Source: Candidatus Methylomirabilis oxygeniifera (GTDB lineage Bacteria > Methylomirabilota > Methylomirabilia > Methylomirabilales > Methylomirabilaceae). From it: a stretch of DNA of 32,000 bases. Each line of letters starts with the position of its first letter. Within the stretch, counting starts at the first letter, position 1. Shown in pieces: positions 1 through 9,558 of the stretch. Location of the stretch: NCBI GenBank assembly GCA_000091165.1, contig FP565575.1:1590001-1622000 (forward strand), given 5' to 3'. A program made the position numbers and the translations under genes. The notes beneath the pieces are model-generated. The model worked only from the letters and a program-made list of their open reading frames with translations, searched no databases and was not told the DNA's origin.

Positions 1-1638
1 CTCAATCTCGCCGAGGCCGCAACCCTCGCCGGACTGCCGCGGGCGCCAAACTACTACTCTCCCATCGCCGATAAAGAGCGGGCGATACGCCGCCGCAACC
101 ATGTGCTGACCCGGATGGCCGAGGAAGGGTTCATCACCAAACAGCAGGCCGCTTCCGCCCTAGCCGTCACCTTCAATGAATTCCCGTTCGAGAAAACTCG
201 AAACCTTGGCCCCTACTTCGTGGAGTATATCCGCCAGCAACTGGAAGAGAGATATGGTACGTACGCTGTCTACCATGGCGGCCTGAAGGTCTACACCACA
301 CTGAATGTCGGCGCGCAGCGGAGCGCAGAGACGGCACTGCTCGAAGGTCTCCGGGAGATCGACAAGGCCAGAGGCTTTCGCGCTCCTCGCATCCGATCCT
401 CGTCCGCCGCAGTCACCCGCAAAGGCGCCCTCTCCTACCTGATTCCAAAGGCTGGCGAGACCCTCAGCGCCACCGTCACCAAAATACTGCCGAAGGCGGT
501 CACGGTCCAGGTAGGCGGGTATCAGGGCGATATTGCGCTTGACAAAGTGCCCTGGCTGGACAGTTCGCAACCGCGCCAACAGCTTCAGCCCGGTATGGAG
601 CTAAAGGTTCAAGTGTTGCGTGTCAACACACGAACAAAGATGCTCGATCTCAGCCTCGAACAAGACCCTGAGATTGAGGGCGCCTTCCTCGCCATCGACC
701 CCGGGGATGGCGGCATCAAGGCGATGATCGGCGGGTACGACTTCGAACGATCGAAATTCAACCGTGCGGTCCAGGCCAGGCGACAGCCAGGATCGGCCTT
801 CAAACCGTTTGTCTACGCGGCAGCATTTGATCGCGGGCTTACCCCTTCTACGATCATCAATGACGCGCCCGTCAGCTACCCGATCCTTGCGGACGGCAAA
901 CGGATCGAGTGGAGTCCAGATAACTACGACCGCAAGTTTCGAGGCCCAACCACATTACGATACGGGTTGGAACACTCCATCAACGTCGTCGCGGTGAAGC
1001 TTATCGAGCGGATCGGCGTCGATTCGGTTATCGAGTTGGCCCGTAACCTTGGGATCGAGAGCACCCTCCGTCGGGAATATGCCCTGGCCCTCGGCGTCTC
1101 GGAGGTCACATTGTCGGAGCTGGTCTCAGCCTTCGGCGTCTTTGCACATTCAGGGATCCGATTTTTGCCCTACGGCATCAGAAAGGTGACGGACAACAAG
1201 GGGGCGCTCCTGGAAGAGTACATCCCGGTCGGTCAGCAGACGATGAGGGAAGAGACGGCGTTTACCGTAACCAGCGTCTTAGCTGGTGTTGTGGAGCGGG
1301 GGACCGGGTCGCGAGCGCGCGTTCTGGGAAGACCTGTCGCGGGTAAAACGGGAACGACTCAGGCGGCGACTGATGCCTGGTTTATCGGGTATACCCCTCA
1401 CCTCGTCGCAGGGGTCTGGGTCGGCTACGATACCAAGCGATCACTCGGGCCACACGAATCGGCCGCTACCCTCGCCGTACCCATCTGGACCCGCTTCATG
1501 CAACGAGCTGTTCAGGACACTCCAACAGAAGAGTTCCCAGTACCGGCAAACGCGGCACCGGCGTTGGTCAACTATGTCTCGGGACGTCCCACCACCTCTG
1601 ACGATAAAGATGCCATCAAGGAGTTTGTCTTCAGGTAG
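1..1638 (+). CDS. mrcA: Penicillin-binding protein 1A family (transglycosylase/transpeptidase), C-terminal part, truncated at left window edge
   Basis: Frame 1 is open from base 1 (LNLAEAATLAGLPRAPNYYSPIADKERAIRRRNHVLTRM...). Contains transpeptidase motifs GSAFKPF (SxxK), SINV (SxN) and KTGTT. Confidence 0.93.
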   Translation, partial: LNLAEAATLAGLPRAPNYYSPIADKERAIRRRNHVLTRMAEEGFITKQQAASALAVTFNEFPFEKTRNLGPYFVEYIRQQLEERYGTYAVYHGGLKVYTTLNVGAQRSAETALLEGLREIDKARGFRAPRIRSSSAAVTRKGALSYLIPKAGETLSATVTKILPKAVTVQVGGYQGDIALDKVPWLDSSQPRQQLQPGMELKVQVLRVNTRTKMLDLSLEQDPEIEGAFLAIDPGDGGIKAMIGGYDFERSKFNRAVQARRQPGSAFKPFVYAAAFDRGLTPSTIINDAPVSYPILADGKRIEWSPDNYDRKFRGPTTLRYGLEHSINVVAVKLIERIGVDSVIELARNLGIESTLRREYALALGVSEVTLSELVSAFGVFAHSGIRFLPYGIRKVTDNKGALLEEYIPVGQQTMREETAFTVTSVLAGVVERGTGSRARVLGRPVAGKTGTTQAATDAWFIGYTPHLVAGVWVGYDTKRSLGPHESAATLAVPIWTRFMQRAVQDTPTEEFPVPANAAPALVNYVSGRPTTSDDKDAIKEFVFR

Positions 1639-1779
1639 CACCCTTTTGGAAGCTGTCAGCTTTCAGCCGTCAGCACCGAGCGTAAAAGGCTGAAGGTGGA
1701 TAGCCTGAAGGCTGAAGGAAGTAGGGAACTATACCTAAAAGCCTTCAGTCTAAACTCCTGATGGTTATCTTCTGTGGAG

Positions 1780-2400
1780 CTAACTCGGCCAACCGATATA
1801 TTGCCCATCCTCCCACAGTTCGACCATCCTGTTCACGATGGTCAGTCGATCTTCAAATCGTTCACTTTGTGAAAGGGCGTGATCTAATGGACCGTGATCC
1901 TGAAGGTGAGGACGGGGGAGTTCGCTGAGACTGACGTAACTCTCACGAAGCCTCGCTAGCGCTGTCTTGTTACAACGAAGCAGGTTCGAGGTGGGGACGA
2001 TCAGCGGTTTAGGATTGTCGAATAGATGGCCCCAGTGAAGGCAGTCGCGGAGATTGATTCCCGTGAGGCGACAGACCAACCGCGCAAACTCCATAAACCA
2101 CTCGGTGGTACGAGCGCATACCAGACAGCCCGGGCAGTCGTCATGAACAACCACAGGAACATAGGCTTCCGCCATCGGCCCGCCTGTCAGGATCCACTGC
2201 ACACCCTGATAATGGTGAAAGCGCAGCTTCGGTAAAGCCGTCTTACTTCGACCACGAATCGACTCGTGTCGGCCCGCACGAACAGGCGCGACCGACCGTC
2301 TCTCACGAACAACAGCCAACAACGAGGTCGGTGGAACCTCTCTTGTCCGTTCGGCTCCATCCCCCAATTTCTTCACTATGCTGCCGCGTATCTTCTCCAT
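1780..2400 (-). CDS. Hypothetical protein with CPGC motif
   Basis: 206-aa ORF with no competing ORF of similar quality. Cys-rich central part (CPGCLVC). No family recognised. Confidence 0.45.
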   Translation of the reverse strand: MEKIRGSIVKKLGDGAERTREVPPTSLLAVVRERRSVAPVRAGRHESIRGRSKTALPKLRFHHYQGVQWILTGGPMAEAYVPVVVHDDCPGCLVCARTTEWFMEFARLVCRLTGINLRDCLHWGHLFDNPKPLIVPTSNLLRCNKTALARLRESYVSLSELPRPHLQDHGPLDHALSQSERFEDRLTIVNRMVELWEDGQYIGWPS

Positions 2401-2513
2401 AACAGCACCGCGGTACGCTGACTGCCCGAGCCCGCACTATCCTTATCGCCGACGGTCGACATTGTCAAGACTCTCTTACACATTCTCTTCCCCATTCCTT
2501 TACGTACGCGGGG

Positions 2514-3641
2514 TCAAATCGTGCAGTCATTCCGCAAACCTTCTGAGGCGCTACGCTCACCCCACGGAAACAGGATCGTCCGAAGGGTCGTCCGTTCCTG
2601 TACCATTTCGAGCGCCTTCGGCAGCTCTATGAGCGGGAGGCGGGCAGTAATGAGCCGGGCAACCGGCACCTCGCGGCGAATGATGGCATGGACAGCGTCG
2701 GCGACATCCGCTGGAGTATGGTGATAGATCGGAACGATCCGGATCTCCTCATAATGTAACCGATACAGGTCGAGGGGAAGCACAGTGCCCTGAGCCACTC
2801 CTCCAAAGGGCACCAGTGTGCCGCCCCGACCCACCAGTTCAAACGCGTCCTGATGCGCCTGCGCGCTCCCCACCGCCTCAATCACGACATCGGCCCGTTC
2901 AACGCCAAGCGCCGTTCGCACGCTCGCGTTCTCCGGCCCTCCGGCGGTGTTCAACGCCGCATCCGCGCCGAAGCTCTTTGCCAGAGCCAGACGATCCTCA
3001 TGATGATCCACGCTGAGGAGACGAATCGACTGCCCATAACGATTGCGCAGGACGGCGATGAACATCAGGCCGATCGGTCCGGCCCCCACGATAACGACAC
3101 AATCTCCGCCGGAGATCTGCACGCGACGAACAGCGTGCATGACGCAGGCGAGCGGCTCAGCCAGGGCCGCTTCCTCAAAGGGAACCTGCGCGGGTAACTC
3201 ATACAGGTTCACCTCTGCGATCCGTCCGGGGACACGAATGTAGGGGGCGAAGGCGCCGTTGTTGTACAGAAGTCGTTCGCACATACCCTGACGACCGCGC
3301 CGGCACGCGCGACACCGGGCCGACGGTTCCGGATCGGTGCAGGGAGCCGAGTTCGCGGCGACCACCCGCATTCCCGGCTGCCACCGAATATCCGCCTGCT
3401 CCCCCCGCGCTGCCACAACCCCGGCCCACTCGTGCCCGAAGAGCCCGGGGATCGTAATCATCGGGTGCGATCCACGCAGATAGACCTTCCGGTCCGTAAA
3501 ATCAATAGAGGCGGCCTCGACTCTGGCCAGGAGATCCTTCGGGCCTATCGGAGGAATCGGCACCTCCTCCAACCGCACATCTCCCGGACCATGAAGCACC
3601 GCCGCTGCCATCGTCCGATTCAGGATCTCAACGGGAATCAT
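2514..3641 (-). CDS. Medium-chain dehydrogenase/reductase (zinc-type alcohol dehydrogenase-like)
   Basis: MDR signatures: GHEWAGVV, structural-zinc Cys lobe (C..CRACRRGRQGMC), Rossmann VVIVGAGPIGLM. Overlaps the upstream gene by 4 nt. Confidence 0.88.
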   Translation of the reverse strand: MIPVEILNRTMAAAVLHGPGDVRLEEVPIPPIGPKDLLARVEAASIDFTDRKVYLRGSHPMITIPGLFGHEWAGVVAARGEQADIRWQPGMRVVAANSAPCTDPEPSARCRACRRGRQGMCERLLYNNGAFAPYIRVPGRIAEVNLYELPAQVPFEEAALAEPLACVMHAVRRVQISGGDCVVIVGAGPIGLMFIAVLRNRYGQSIRLLSVDHHEDRLALAKSFGADAALNTAGGPENASVRTALGVERADVVIEAVGSAQAHQDAFELVGRGGTLVPFGGVAQGTVLPLDLYRLHYEEIRIVPIYHHTPADVADAVHAIIRREVPVARLITARLPLIELPKALEMVQERTTLRTILFPWGERSASEGLRNDCTI

Positions 3642-4720
3642 GCCGCGCCCGCTCCGTGTGCGTAAAACACGATCTTAGTGGCCTGCCCTTCTCGCTGGAG
3701 GCGTGCGCCCTCAGCGAACCGACTCAGGTCGAAGCGATGGCTGATAAGGGGGGCGGTCCGGATCCGTCTGGAGGCCAGGAGTCGAATCGCTTCTTTCAGT
3801 TCCACCGGCGTAGACGAATAGGTTGCCGTAAGAGACAGCTCCCGTCGGTAAAAGATACCAAGATCGATCGTCATGCGTCCGGCCTCACCGGCATCGGCAA
3901 ACAGGTTGATCGTTCCGCCGGCTCGTAGGGCGCCCAGCGCCGCTTCCACCATCGACGCGTTGACCGCAGTCAGAATAGCCCCATCGATCCCGTCCTCTTC
4001 AGTGACCGAGCGAAGCGCGCTTCGCGGATCCGCGCCGGCCACATTCAGGGTCGTCTCAATGTCGAGCGTTCGAGCCAATTCCAGGCGCTCCTCGCGAATA
4101 TCCACACAGATCGGCCTCGCGCCGAATACGGCAACGGCCTGCGCGACCAGCAACCCCATACCTCCCGCGCCGACCACCACGATCTGATCTCCAGCCTGCA
4201 CATCGGATCGCTTCACCGCCCGCAATGCGCAGGCCAACGGCTCCATAAAGATGCCGACGTCGTCCGGGAGTCTCTCAGGAAGCGCAAAAGCCGTCTGCGC
4301 GACATGCAGGGCTGGAATTCGGACATACTCGGCGAAACCGCCCGGATCGATGTTGGTCGCTTTGAACTGGGGGCACATCGAGTCGTTGCCGTGGCGACAG
4401 TAACGGCACCGGCCACACGGAACATGGTGCGCAATGGCCAGACGATCACCGAGGGCAAATCGCTGCATCCCCTCGCCAACCGCCTTGACCACCCCTACCA
4501 GCTCGTGGCCCAGCGGAACAGGCGGCTTCAACGGCGTCCCACCAAAGATCTTCCCCAAGTCGGAACCGCACAGGCCGCATGCCCGCATCTCCAGCAGCAG
4601 TTCCCCCGGTCCGACGGATGGAATCGGCAGCTCCGTCAGCTCAACGACCCCGGTTTCCAGCAGACGAATCGCTTTCATCCGATCGCTACTGCGCTGCTTC
4701 GGCGCCGACGCATTGTTCAC
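3638..4720 (-). CDS. Zinc-dependent medium-chain dehydrogenase (sorbitol/threonine dehydrogenase-like)
   Basis: MRACGLCGSDLGK catalytic Cys region, GHELVGVV, CGRCRYCRHGNDSMC zinc lobe, VVVGAGGMGLL Rossmann motif. Confidence 0.9.
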   Translation of the reverse strand: MNNASAPKQRSSDRMKAIRLLETGVVELTELPIPSVGPGELLLEMRACGLCGSDLGKIFGGTPLKPPVPLGHELVGVVKAVGEGMQRFALGDRLAIAHHVPCGRCRYCRHGNDSMCPQFKATNIDPGGFAEYVRIPALHVAQTAFALPERLPDDVGIFMEPLACALRAVKRSDVQAGDQIVVVGAGGMGLLVAQAVAVFGARPICVDIREERLELARTLDIETTLNVAGADPRSALRSVTEEDGIDGAILTAVNASMVEAALGALRAGGTINLFADAGEAGRMTIDLGIFYRRELSLTATYSSTPVELKEAIRLLASRRIRTAPLISHRFDLSRFAEGARLQREGQATKIVFYAHGAGAA

Positions 4721-5048
4721 AGGGGCAGTTCACCCGTAGAGATTCATACGTATAGATGCCGGTGTCGTGCCCATCGCTCCAGGTAAAGTTCAGCGCGTAC
4801 CAACCCACAGGGCGATAGCTGGTAATCTGCACCTCGCCAGGCTTCAGGACCGGACCGCTGAGAACCAGGAGCTCTCTACTGTTGAGCCTCTTGCTCCTCG
4901 CATCACTGCAAGAGGCGCATGGGCAGTCGCGCCGAAGATCATCGAACCGGTATACGCTGCGATGTTCGTCGCGCCATGTAATGATCAGGCTCCGCTCCTG
5001 CCGGTCAACGATCACCTCGGCCGGATCAGACGATCGCGTCTGTATCAT
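4686..5048 (-). CDS. DUF971 / gamma-butyrobetaine hydroxylase-like N-terminal domain protein
   Basis: 120 aa with LIITWRDEHRSVYRFDDLRRDCPCASC...ALNFTWSDGHDTGIYTYESLRVNCPCEQC, typical of this family. Confidence 0.8.
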   Translation of the reverse strand: MIQTRSSDPAEVIVDRQERSLIITWRDEHRSVYRFDDLRRDCPCASCSDARSKRLNSRELLVLSGPVLKPGEVQITSYRPVGWYALNFTWSDGHDTGIYTYESLRVNCPCEQCVGAEAAQ

Positions 5049-5058
5049 CGCTCGTCCA

Positions 5059-5394
5059 CTAGCCCTGAACTCTATCTATACCGCCGGGAAATACACGCTG
5101 TTGTCTGACTACTCGACCTCGAGAGATCGCCCGGAGGAGCAACTGCCCCTCATCGGTCCCCTGTTCGAGGTGAGGGATCAGGTCTCCATAGCGGATCACC
5201 ATCTCTCCTATCCTCACGAACACCTGATTTTGGTCGATCTTGTACCGCTCAATCCACCGCTTCACCTCAGCGATAGCCTCCTCCTTCGTCAATAGCGGGG
5301 GCTCACTCTCCTCAGTATTGGTCGGGATTGGCTCGCTATCCTTACGCTCCGACTCGTCAGCCACAACTTTCACCCCACTTTCGCCGACAGGCAT
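5059..5394 (-). CDS. Hypothetical protein
   Basis: 111-aa ORF in operon orientation, short overlap with the folD 3' end. The start may lie further downstream. Confidence 0.55.
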   Translation of the reverse strand: MPVGESGVKVVADESERKDSEPIPTNTEESEPPLLTKEEAIAEVKRWIERYKIDQNQVFVRIGEMVIRYGDLIPHLEQGTDEGQLLLRAISRGRVVRQQRVFPGGIDRVQG

Positions 5395-6223
5395 CCACCG
5401 TATTCTTTAAGAGCATGGCGACCGTCATCGGGCCGACGCCGCCCGGCACGGGCGTGATCAGCGAGGCCTTTTCCGCGACCTCCGGAAAGTCCACATCCCC
5501 CACCACCCTGCCGTCCGTCAGGCGATTCACACCGACATCGATCACCACGGCTCCATCTTTCACCATCGAGCCGGTCACTAAACCCGGTTTCCCTGCCGCC
5601 ACAACCAGGATGTCGGCCTGTCTGGTATGAGCGGCAAGATCGCGGGTCTTAATGTGGCAGATGGTGACGGTCGCGTGGTGTTGCAGCAGCAGAAACGCCG
5701 TCGGTTTGCCGACCACCACACTCCAGCCGACAATGACGGCATGCTTCCCCTCGATACCCACATTCGATCGATTCAGCAGTTCAAGAATACCAAGCGGCGT
5801 AGACGCCACAAAGAGGGGTTTCCCGACGAGCAATCCGCCGAGGTTCGCGGGGTGAAATCCGTCCACATCCTTTTCCGGGAGGATCGTTTCCAGGACTCGC
5901 TTTTCGCTGATGTGGGCCGGAAGCGGAAGCTGGACGAGAATAGCGTGCACGGTAGGGTCGCTGTTCAGGCGCGTGATTTCCTGAAGAAGCCACGCTTCCG
6001 GAAGATCGGCCGGCAGATCGATGCGCACCGAGGTAATCCCGACTTCCTTACACGCTCTGGCCTTATTCTGCACGTAGGTTGCCGAAGCCGGGTCATTCCC
6101 GACCAGGATCGCCGCCAGGCAGGGCACCACTCCGGTCTGCGCAGCCATTGCCGCGATGTCGAGTCGGACTTCCCGCCGAATCTCCGCCGCAATAGCCTTG
6201 CCGTCGATGAGTCGTGCGGACAT
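5357..6223 (-). CDS. folD: Bifunctional methylenetetrahydrofolate dehydrogenase/methenyltetrahydrofolate cyclohydrolase
   Basis: FolD hallmarks: LAAILVGNDPASATYVQNKARACKEVGI, VHAILVQLPLPAHI, DVDGFHPANLGGL, ITPVPGGVGPMTVAMLL. Confidence 0.97.
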   Translation of the reverse strand: MSARLIDGKAIAAEIRREVRLDIAAMAAQTGVVPCLAAILVGNDPASATYVQNKARACKEVGITSVRIDLPADLPEAWLLQEITRLNSDPTVHAILVQLPLPAHISEKRVLETILPEKDVDGFHPANLGGLLVGKPLFVASTPLGILELLNRSNVGIEGKHAVIVGWSVVVGKPTAFLLLQHHATVTICHIKTRDLAAHTRQADILVVAAGKPGLVTGSMVKDGAVVIDVGVNRLTDGRVVGDVDFPEVAEKASLITPVPGGVGPMTVAMLLKNTVDACRRKWGESCG

Positions 6224-6232
6224 GCGACCGCC

Positions 6233-7009
6233 TCAGGGCTCCCGTTGAATCCGAAGGATTGAGGTGGAGCGACCTGTCCGTTCGTCGATCTCCACCACGA
6301 CTCCGCACAATCGAGGCGCCCCGGTAGCGGGTCGGTACTGCTTCGGAAGACCGGAGAGAAACTTCGCGATCGGCGCCTCAATACCCATCCCGATGACCGA
6401 GTCGTGCCCACCCGTCATCCCGACATCAGTGAGAAGCGCCGTCCCTCCTGGAAGGATCCGCTCATCAGCGGTCTGGACATGCGTGTGAGAGCCGATCATC
6501 GCCGATACCCGCCCGTCGACGTACCAGGCAAAGGCCTGTTTCTCCGCCGTCGCCTCGCCATGAAAATCGACGAAGATCAGCGTGGTCTCTCGACGCAGCC
6601 GGCCTATCTCACGGTCACCTACTCGGAACGGACAATCAAGCGCAGGCATAAATGCCCGCCCCTGCAGATTGAGCACGCCGACGAGACAGCCGCCTTTGTC
6701 CACCACCAGGCTTCCCCTGCCCGGCGCCGGATCGGGGTAGTTGGCCGGTCGCAGGAGCCGCTCCTCCTTTGCGATATACTCCTCGACCTCCTTCTTATCC
6801 CAGACGTGGTTCCCTGAGGTCAGGAGATCGACGCCAAGCACAAACAGCTCTTGCGCCATTGCGCCGGTGACACCGAAGCCACCGGCCAGGTTTTCGCCGT
6901 TCGCAATGACGAGGTCGATCTTCTGCTCCTCGGTCAGGCGCGGCAATACGGACGCCACAATCTCACGACCGGGCTTGCCGATAATGTCACCAATGAAGAG
7001 TATCCGCAT
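6233..7009 (-). CDS. TIGR00282/YmdB-family metallophosphoesterase
   Basis: MRILFIGDIIGKPGRE, NGENLAGGFG, SGNHVWDKKE, VDFHGEATAEKQA, IGSHTHVQTAD, LTDVGMTGG. Sits next to rny, as ymdB does in Bacillus. Confidence 0.93.
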   Translation of the reverse strand: MRILFIGDIIGKPGREIVASVLPRLTEEQKIDLVIANGENLAGGFGVTGAMAQELFVLGVDLLTSGNHVWDKKEVEEYIAKEERLLRPANYPDPAPGRGSLVVDKGGCLVGVLNLQGRAFMPALDCPFRVGDREIGRLRRETTLIFVDFHGEATAEKQAFAWYVDGRVSAMIGSHTHVQTADERILPGGTALLTDVGMTGGHDSVIGMGIEAPIAKFLSGLPKQYRPATGAPRLCGVVVEIDERTGRSTSILRIQREP

Positions 7010-7081
7010 GGCTTAGTATTTCGGGTTTCGCGATGAACTACCCCGCAGCAAGCTGCAGGGTATCGTCTTCTGTTCTGGCCC

Positions 7082-7144
7082 GTCATTCCGTACTTGATAC
7101 GGAATCCAGTCGGACCCTCTGGATACCGGCTTCCGCCGGTATGA
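7082..7144. repeat. Dispersed palindromic intergenic repeat (GTCATTCCG...CCGGTATGAC class)
   Basis: gtcattccgtacttgatacggaatccag...ctggataccggcttccgccggtatgac has inverted ends and two internal hairpins (ATTCCG/CGGAAT and ACCGGC/GCCGGT). Confidence 0.75.
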
Positions 7145-7240
7145 CGAACTCGCGGCAAGCCGCGGGGAATGAACCCCCCCCGTGGATTCAACACTGACCG
7201 AATCGAAGCTTCGGCTCGACACTCTGAACTCGAAACATTG

Positions 7241-8851
7241 CTATTTCGCGTACTCCACGGCCCTGGTCTCGCGGATCACGGTCACCTTGATATGACCGGG
7301 GTACTGTAGCTCCTCTTCAATTCGCTTTGCGATATCCCGCGCAAGCTGATATGCCTGTACATCCGATACCTCACCGCTTTCAACAATGATACGCACCTCA
7401 CGTCCGGCTTGAACCGCATAGGTCTTGCTCACGCCGGCAAAGGAGTTCGCGATCTTCTCCAAGCCTTCCAGCCGTTTGACGTAGCTTTCCAACAGTTCAC
7501 GTCTGGCCCCGGGCCTGGCCGCCGAAAGCGTATCGGCAATCTGAAGCACGACGGCCTCCAGACAGGTGATCTCTACGTCCTCATGATGGGCGGCAATCGC
7601 GTTCACCACCCTCGCGTGCTCGCCGTACTTCTTGGCCAACTCAGCAGAAATGGAGACATGAGTTCCTTCCATGTTGACGTCGGCCGACTTCCCGATATCG
7701 TGGAGTAAACCAGCCCGCTTGGCAATCCTGACATCGAGGCCCAACTCAGCCGCCATGACGCCGGCCAGTTGTGCGACCTCTATCGTATGCTGAAGCTGAT
7801 TCTGCGAATAGCTGGTCCGGTACTTGAGTCGCCCGACCAGGCGCACCAATTCGGGGTGGAGGTTGCTGATCCCCACCTCGAAGGTCGTTCGTTCACCGGT
7901 TTTCCTGATGTCGTCATCGATCTCGCCCTTCACCTTCTCCACTATTTCTTCGATGCGCGCCGGATGAATCCTCCCATCCGTGATAAGGCGTTGCAGTGAC
8001 TCCTTGGCGATCGCTCGCCGGATCGGATCGAAGCCGGACAGGATCACTGCCTCGGGGGTATCATCTACGATCACATCAATCCCCGTTGCTCGCTCAAAAG
8101 CCCGGATGTTGCGTCCCTCCCGACCGATGATCCGGCCCTTCATCTCATCGTTCGGCAGATCCACCACAGAGACCGTTGACTCCATGATGAACTCCGACGC
8201 GCACTTATCGACGGCAATAGTCAGGATCTCTTTCGCCTTCGCGTCTGCCGTCGCCCGCGCCTCATCCTCAAGCCGTTTGAATAAGGCAATCGACTCGATT
8301 CTCGCGTCCTGTTCCAGATTCTGGAGCAGAATCTTCCTGGCCTCTTCGGCGGTGAGTCCCGAGATACGCTCCAGTTGTCGCTGCGCATCATCCATCAACT
8401 GAGCGCACCGGGTCTCTTTCTCGGCGGCAGCCTGCTCCCTGTTGCCGAGATCTCTGGCCTGTGAATCCAGTTCACGGTCCCGTCGTTCCAACTGCTCCAG
8501 CCTTCGTTCGAGGACCTCTTCCTTCTGGTTCAACTGGCGCTGCGCGCTGTCGATCTCCTGGCGACGACTCTTGGTTTCCCGCTCCAGGTCGGCCTTTGCT
8601 TGAATAGCAAGTTCCTTGGCCTCAAGCTCAGCCCCGCGAACCTTCGTTTCCGCCTCTTTCTCGGCCTCGGTCAGGATGCGCTTAGCCAAGGTCTCTGCTT
8701 CGGCGACCTTACTTTCAACGACCTGTTTTCTAAGCAGGTATCCGACGATAACACTTGCAACCGCCACGACCAGAACGATCGCTAGCTGATCAAGTCCAAT
8801 TGCCAACGGAGGTCCACCTCCTTCCACGCTTCTTATGCCAACGCCATTCAA
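7241..8851 (-). CDS. rny: Ribonuclease Y
   Basis: N-terminal TM segment, long coiled coil, KH domain ([31 protein letters not shown]), HD domain ([29 protein letters not shown]). Confidence 0.97.
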   Translation of the reverse strand: MNGVGIRSVEGGGPPLAIGLDQLAIVLVVAVASVIVGYLLRKQVVESKVAEAETLAKRILTEAEKEAETKVRGAELEAKELAIQAKADLERETKSRRQEIDSAQRQLNQKEEVLERRLEQLERRDRELDSQARDLGNREQAAAEKETRCAQLMDDAQRQLERISGLTAEEARKILLQNLEQDARIESIALFKRLEDEARATADAKAKEILTIAVDKCASEFIMESTVSVVDLPNDEMKGRIIGREGRNIRAFERATGIDVIVDDTPEAVILSGFDPIRRAIAKESLQRLITDGRIHPARIEEIVEKVKGEIDDDIRKTGERTTFEVGISNLHPELVRLVGRLKYRTSYSQNQLQHTIEVAQLAGVMAAELGLDVRIAKRAGLLHDIGKSADVNMEGTHVSISAELAKKYGEHARVVNAIAAHHEDVEITCLEAVVLQIADTLSAARPGARRELLESYVKRLEGLEKIANSFAGVSKTYAVQAGREVRIIVESGEVSDVQAYQLARDIAKRIEEELQYPGHIKVTVIRETRAVEYAK

Positions 8852-8974
8852 TATATGGCTGGAAATACAACAAGAGGATCGCTATGTAAAATTAGATAAC
8901 GCCTTCGGATCGAGGCGAGAGGGGTACGAAAGGTGAGCGGCCCTGATAACGGGTGAGTACGCGATAGGGGAGGA

Positions 8975-9170
8975 AGGGAGAACCCCCTGCCTTTGTGCCG
9001 TTTGAGGGGTGAGGTTTGAACCTGGCTAACCAGGTGGCTGCCCGGGCAACGCTTCAGGCTCTCCCCACCTAAGTGGGGCTATGCACACCACGCTGCGAAG
9101 AGGGCCCCCGTTGTTTTCTGTTGGTTCAAAAAACGCACCCTCATCACGAACACGGCAGGGGGTCTCGCTG
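8975..9170 (-). ncRNA. ssrS: 6S RNA
   Basis: Long rod on the minus strand: ACCCCCTGCC (9154-9163) pairs with GGCAGGGGGT (8982-8991); GAGGGTG with CACCCCTC; TTTGAACC (9123-9130) with GGTTCAAA (9015-9022); apical hairpin CCCCAC-TTAG-GTGGGG (9063-9078). Lies between zapA and rny. Ends approximate. Confidence 0.8.
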
Positions 9171-9215
9171 ATTTCATGCTGCGTACAATGATACACCGCA
9201 GCCCTCTTGCTCCAC

Positions 9216-9551
9216 CTATGCTCCACTGGCTTCGGATTTCTGATCAACGCCCTGAGGACCGCTCACTCCCTCTTCGAGGGCGGTTCTCAACAGCTCTGAC
9301 AGTGTACCCAACTTCACCGCGATCAATCTCTCGGACCGCTCTCGCTCCGTCTCTGCCTTAAAAAGCTCATCCGCAATATCGAGTGAGGCCAACACGATCG
9401 CCTTGGTGGGTGGGAGCGACTGGAATCTCTTGACAACTCCATCCAGTTTCGCGTCGACATACGCCGCAACCTCTCGGACATACGAGGGATCTTCTGCAGC
9501 ACGGATCGTGTACTGCTCCCCTCGAATGACGACGCTCACCAGTTGCTCCAT
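9216..9551 (-). CDS. zapA: Cell division protein ZapA
   Basis: MEQLVSVVIRGEQYTIRAAEDPSYVREVAAYVDAKLD...ASLDIADELFKAE. Start set at the MEQ methionine; the ORF extends to 9587. Confidence 0.9.
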   Translation of the reverse strand: MEQLVSVVIRGEQYTIRAAEDPSYVREVAAYVDAKLDGVVKRFQSLPPTKAIVLASLDIADELFKAETERERSERLIAVKLGTLSELLRTALEEGVSGPQGVDQKSEASGA

Positions 9552-9558
9552 ACGATTC

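Noticed and set aside
7013-7222. 69-aa minus-strand ORF between the ymdB-like gene and rny
   Set aside because: Its peptide (SSYRRKPVSRGSDWIPYQVRNDG) is the translation of the palindromic intergenic repeat, not a gene.
9026-9247. 73-aa minus-strand ORF
   Set aside because: It lies inside the 6S RNA gene.
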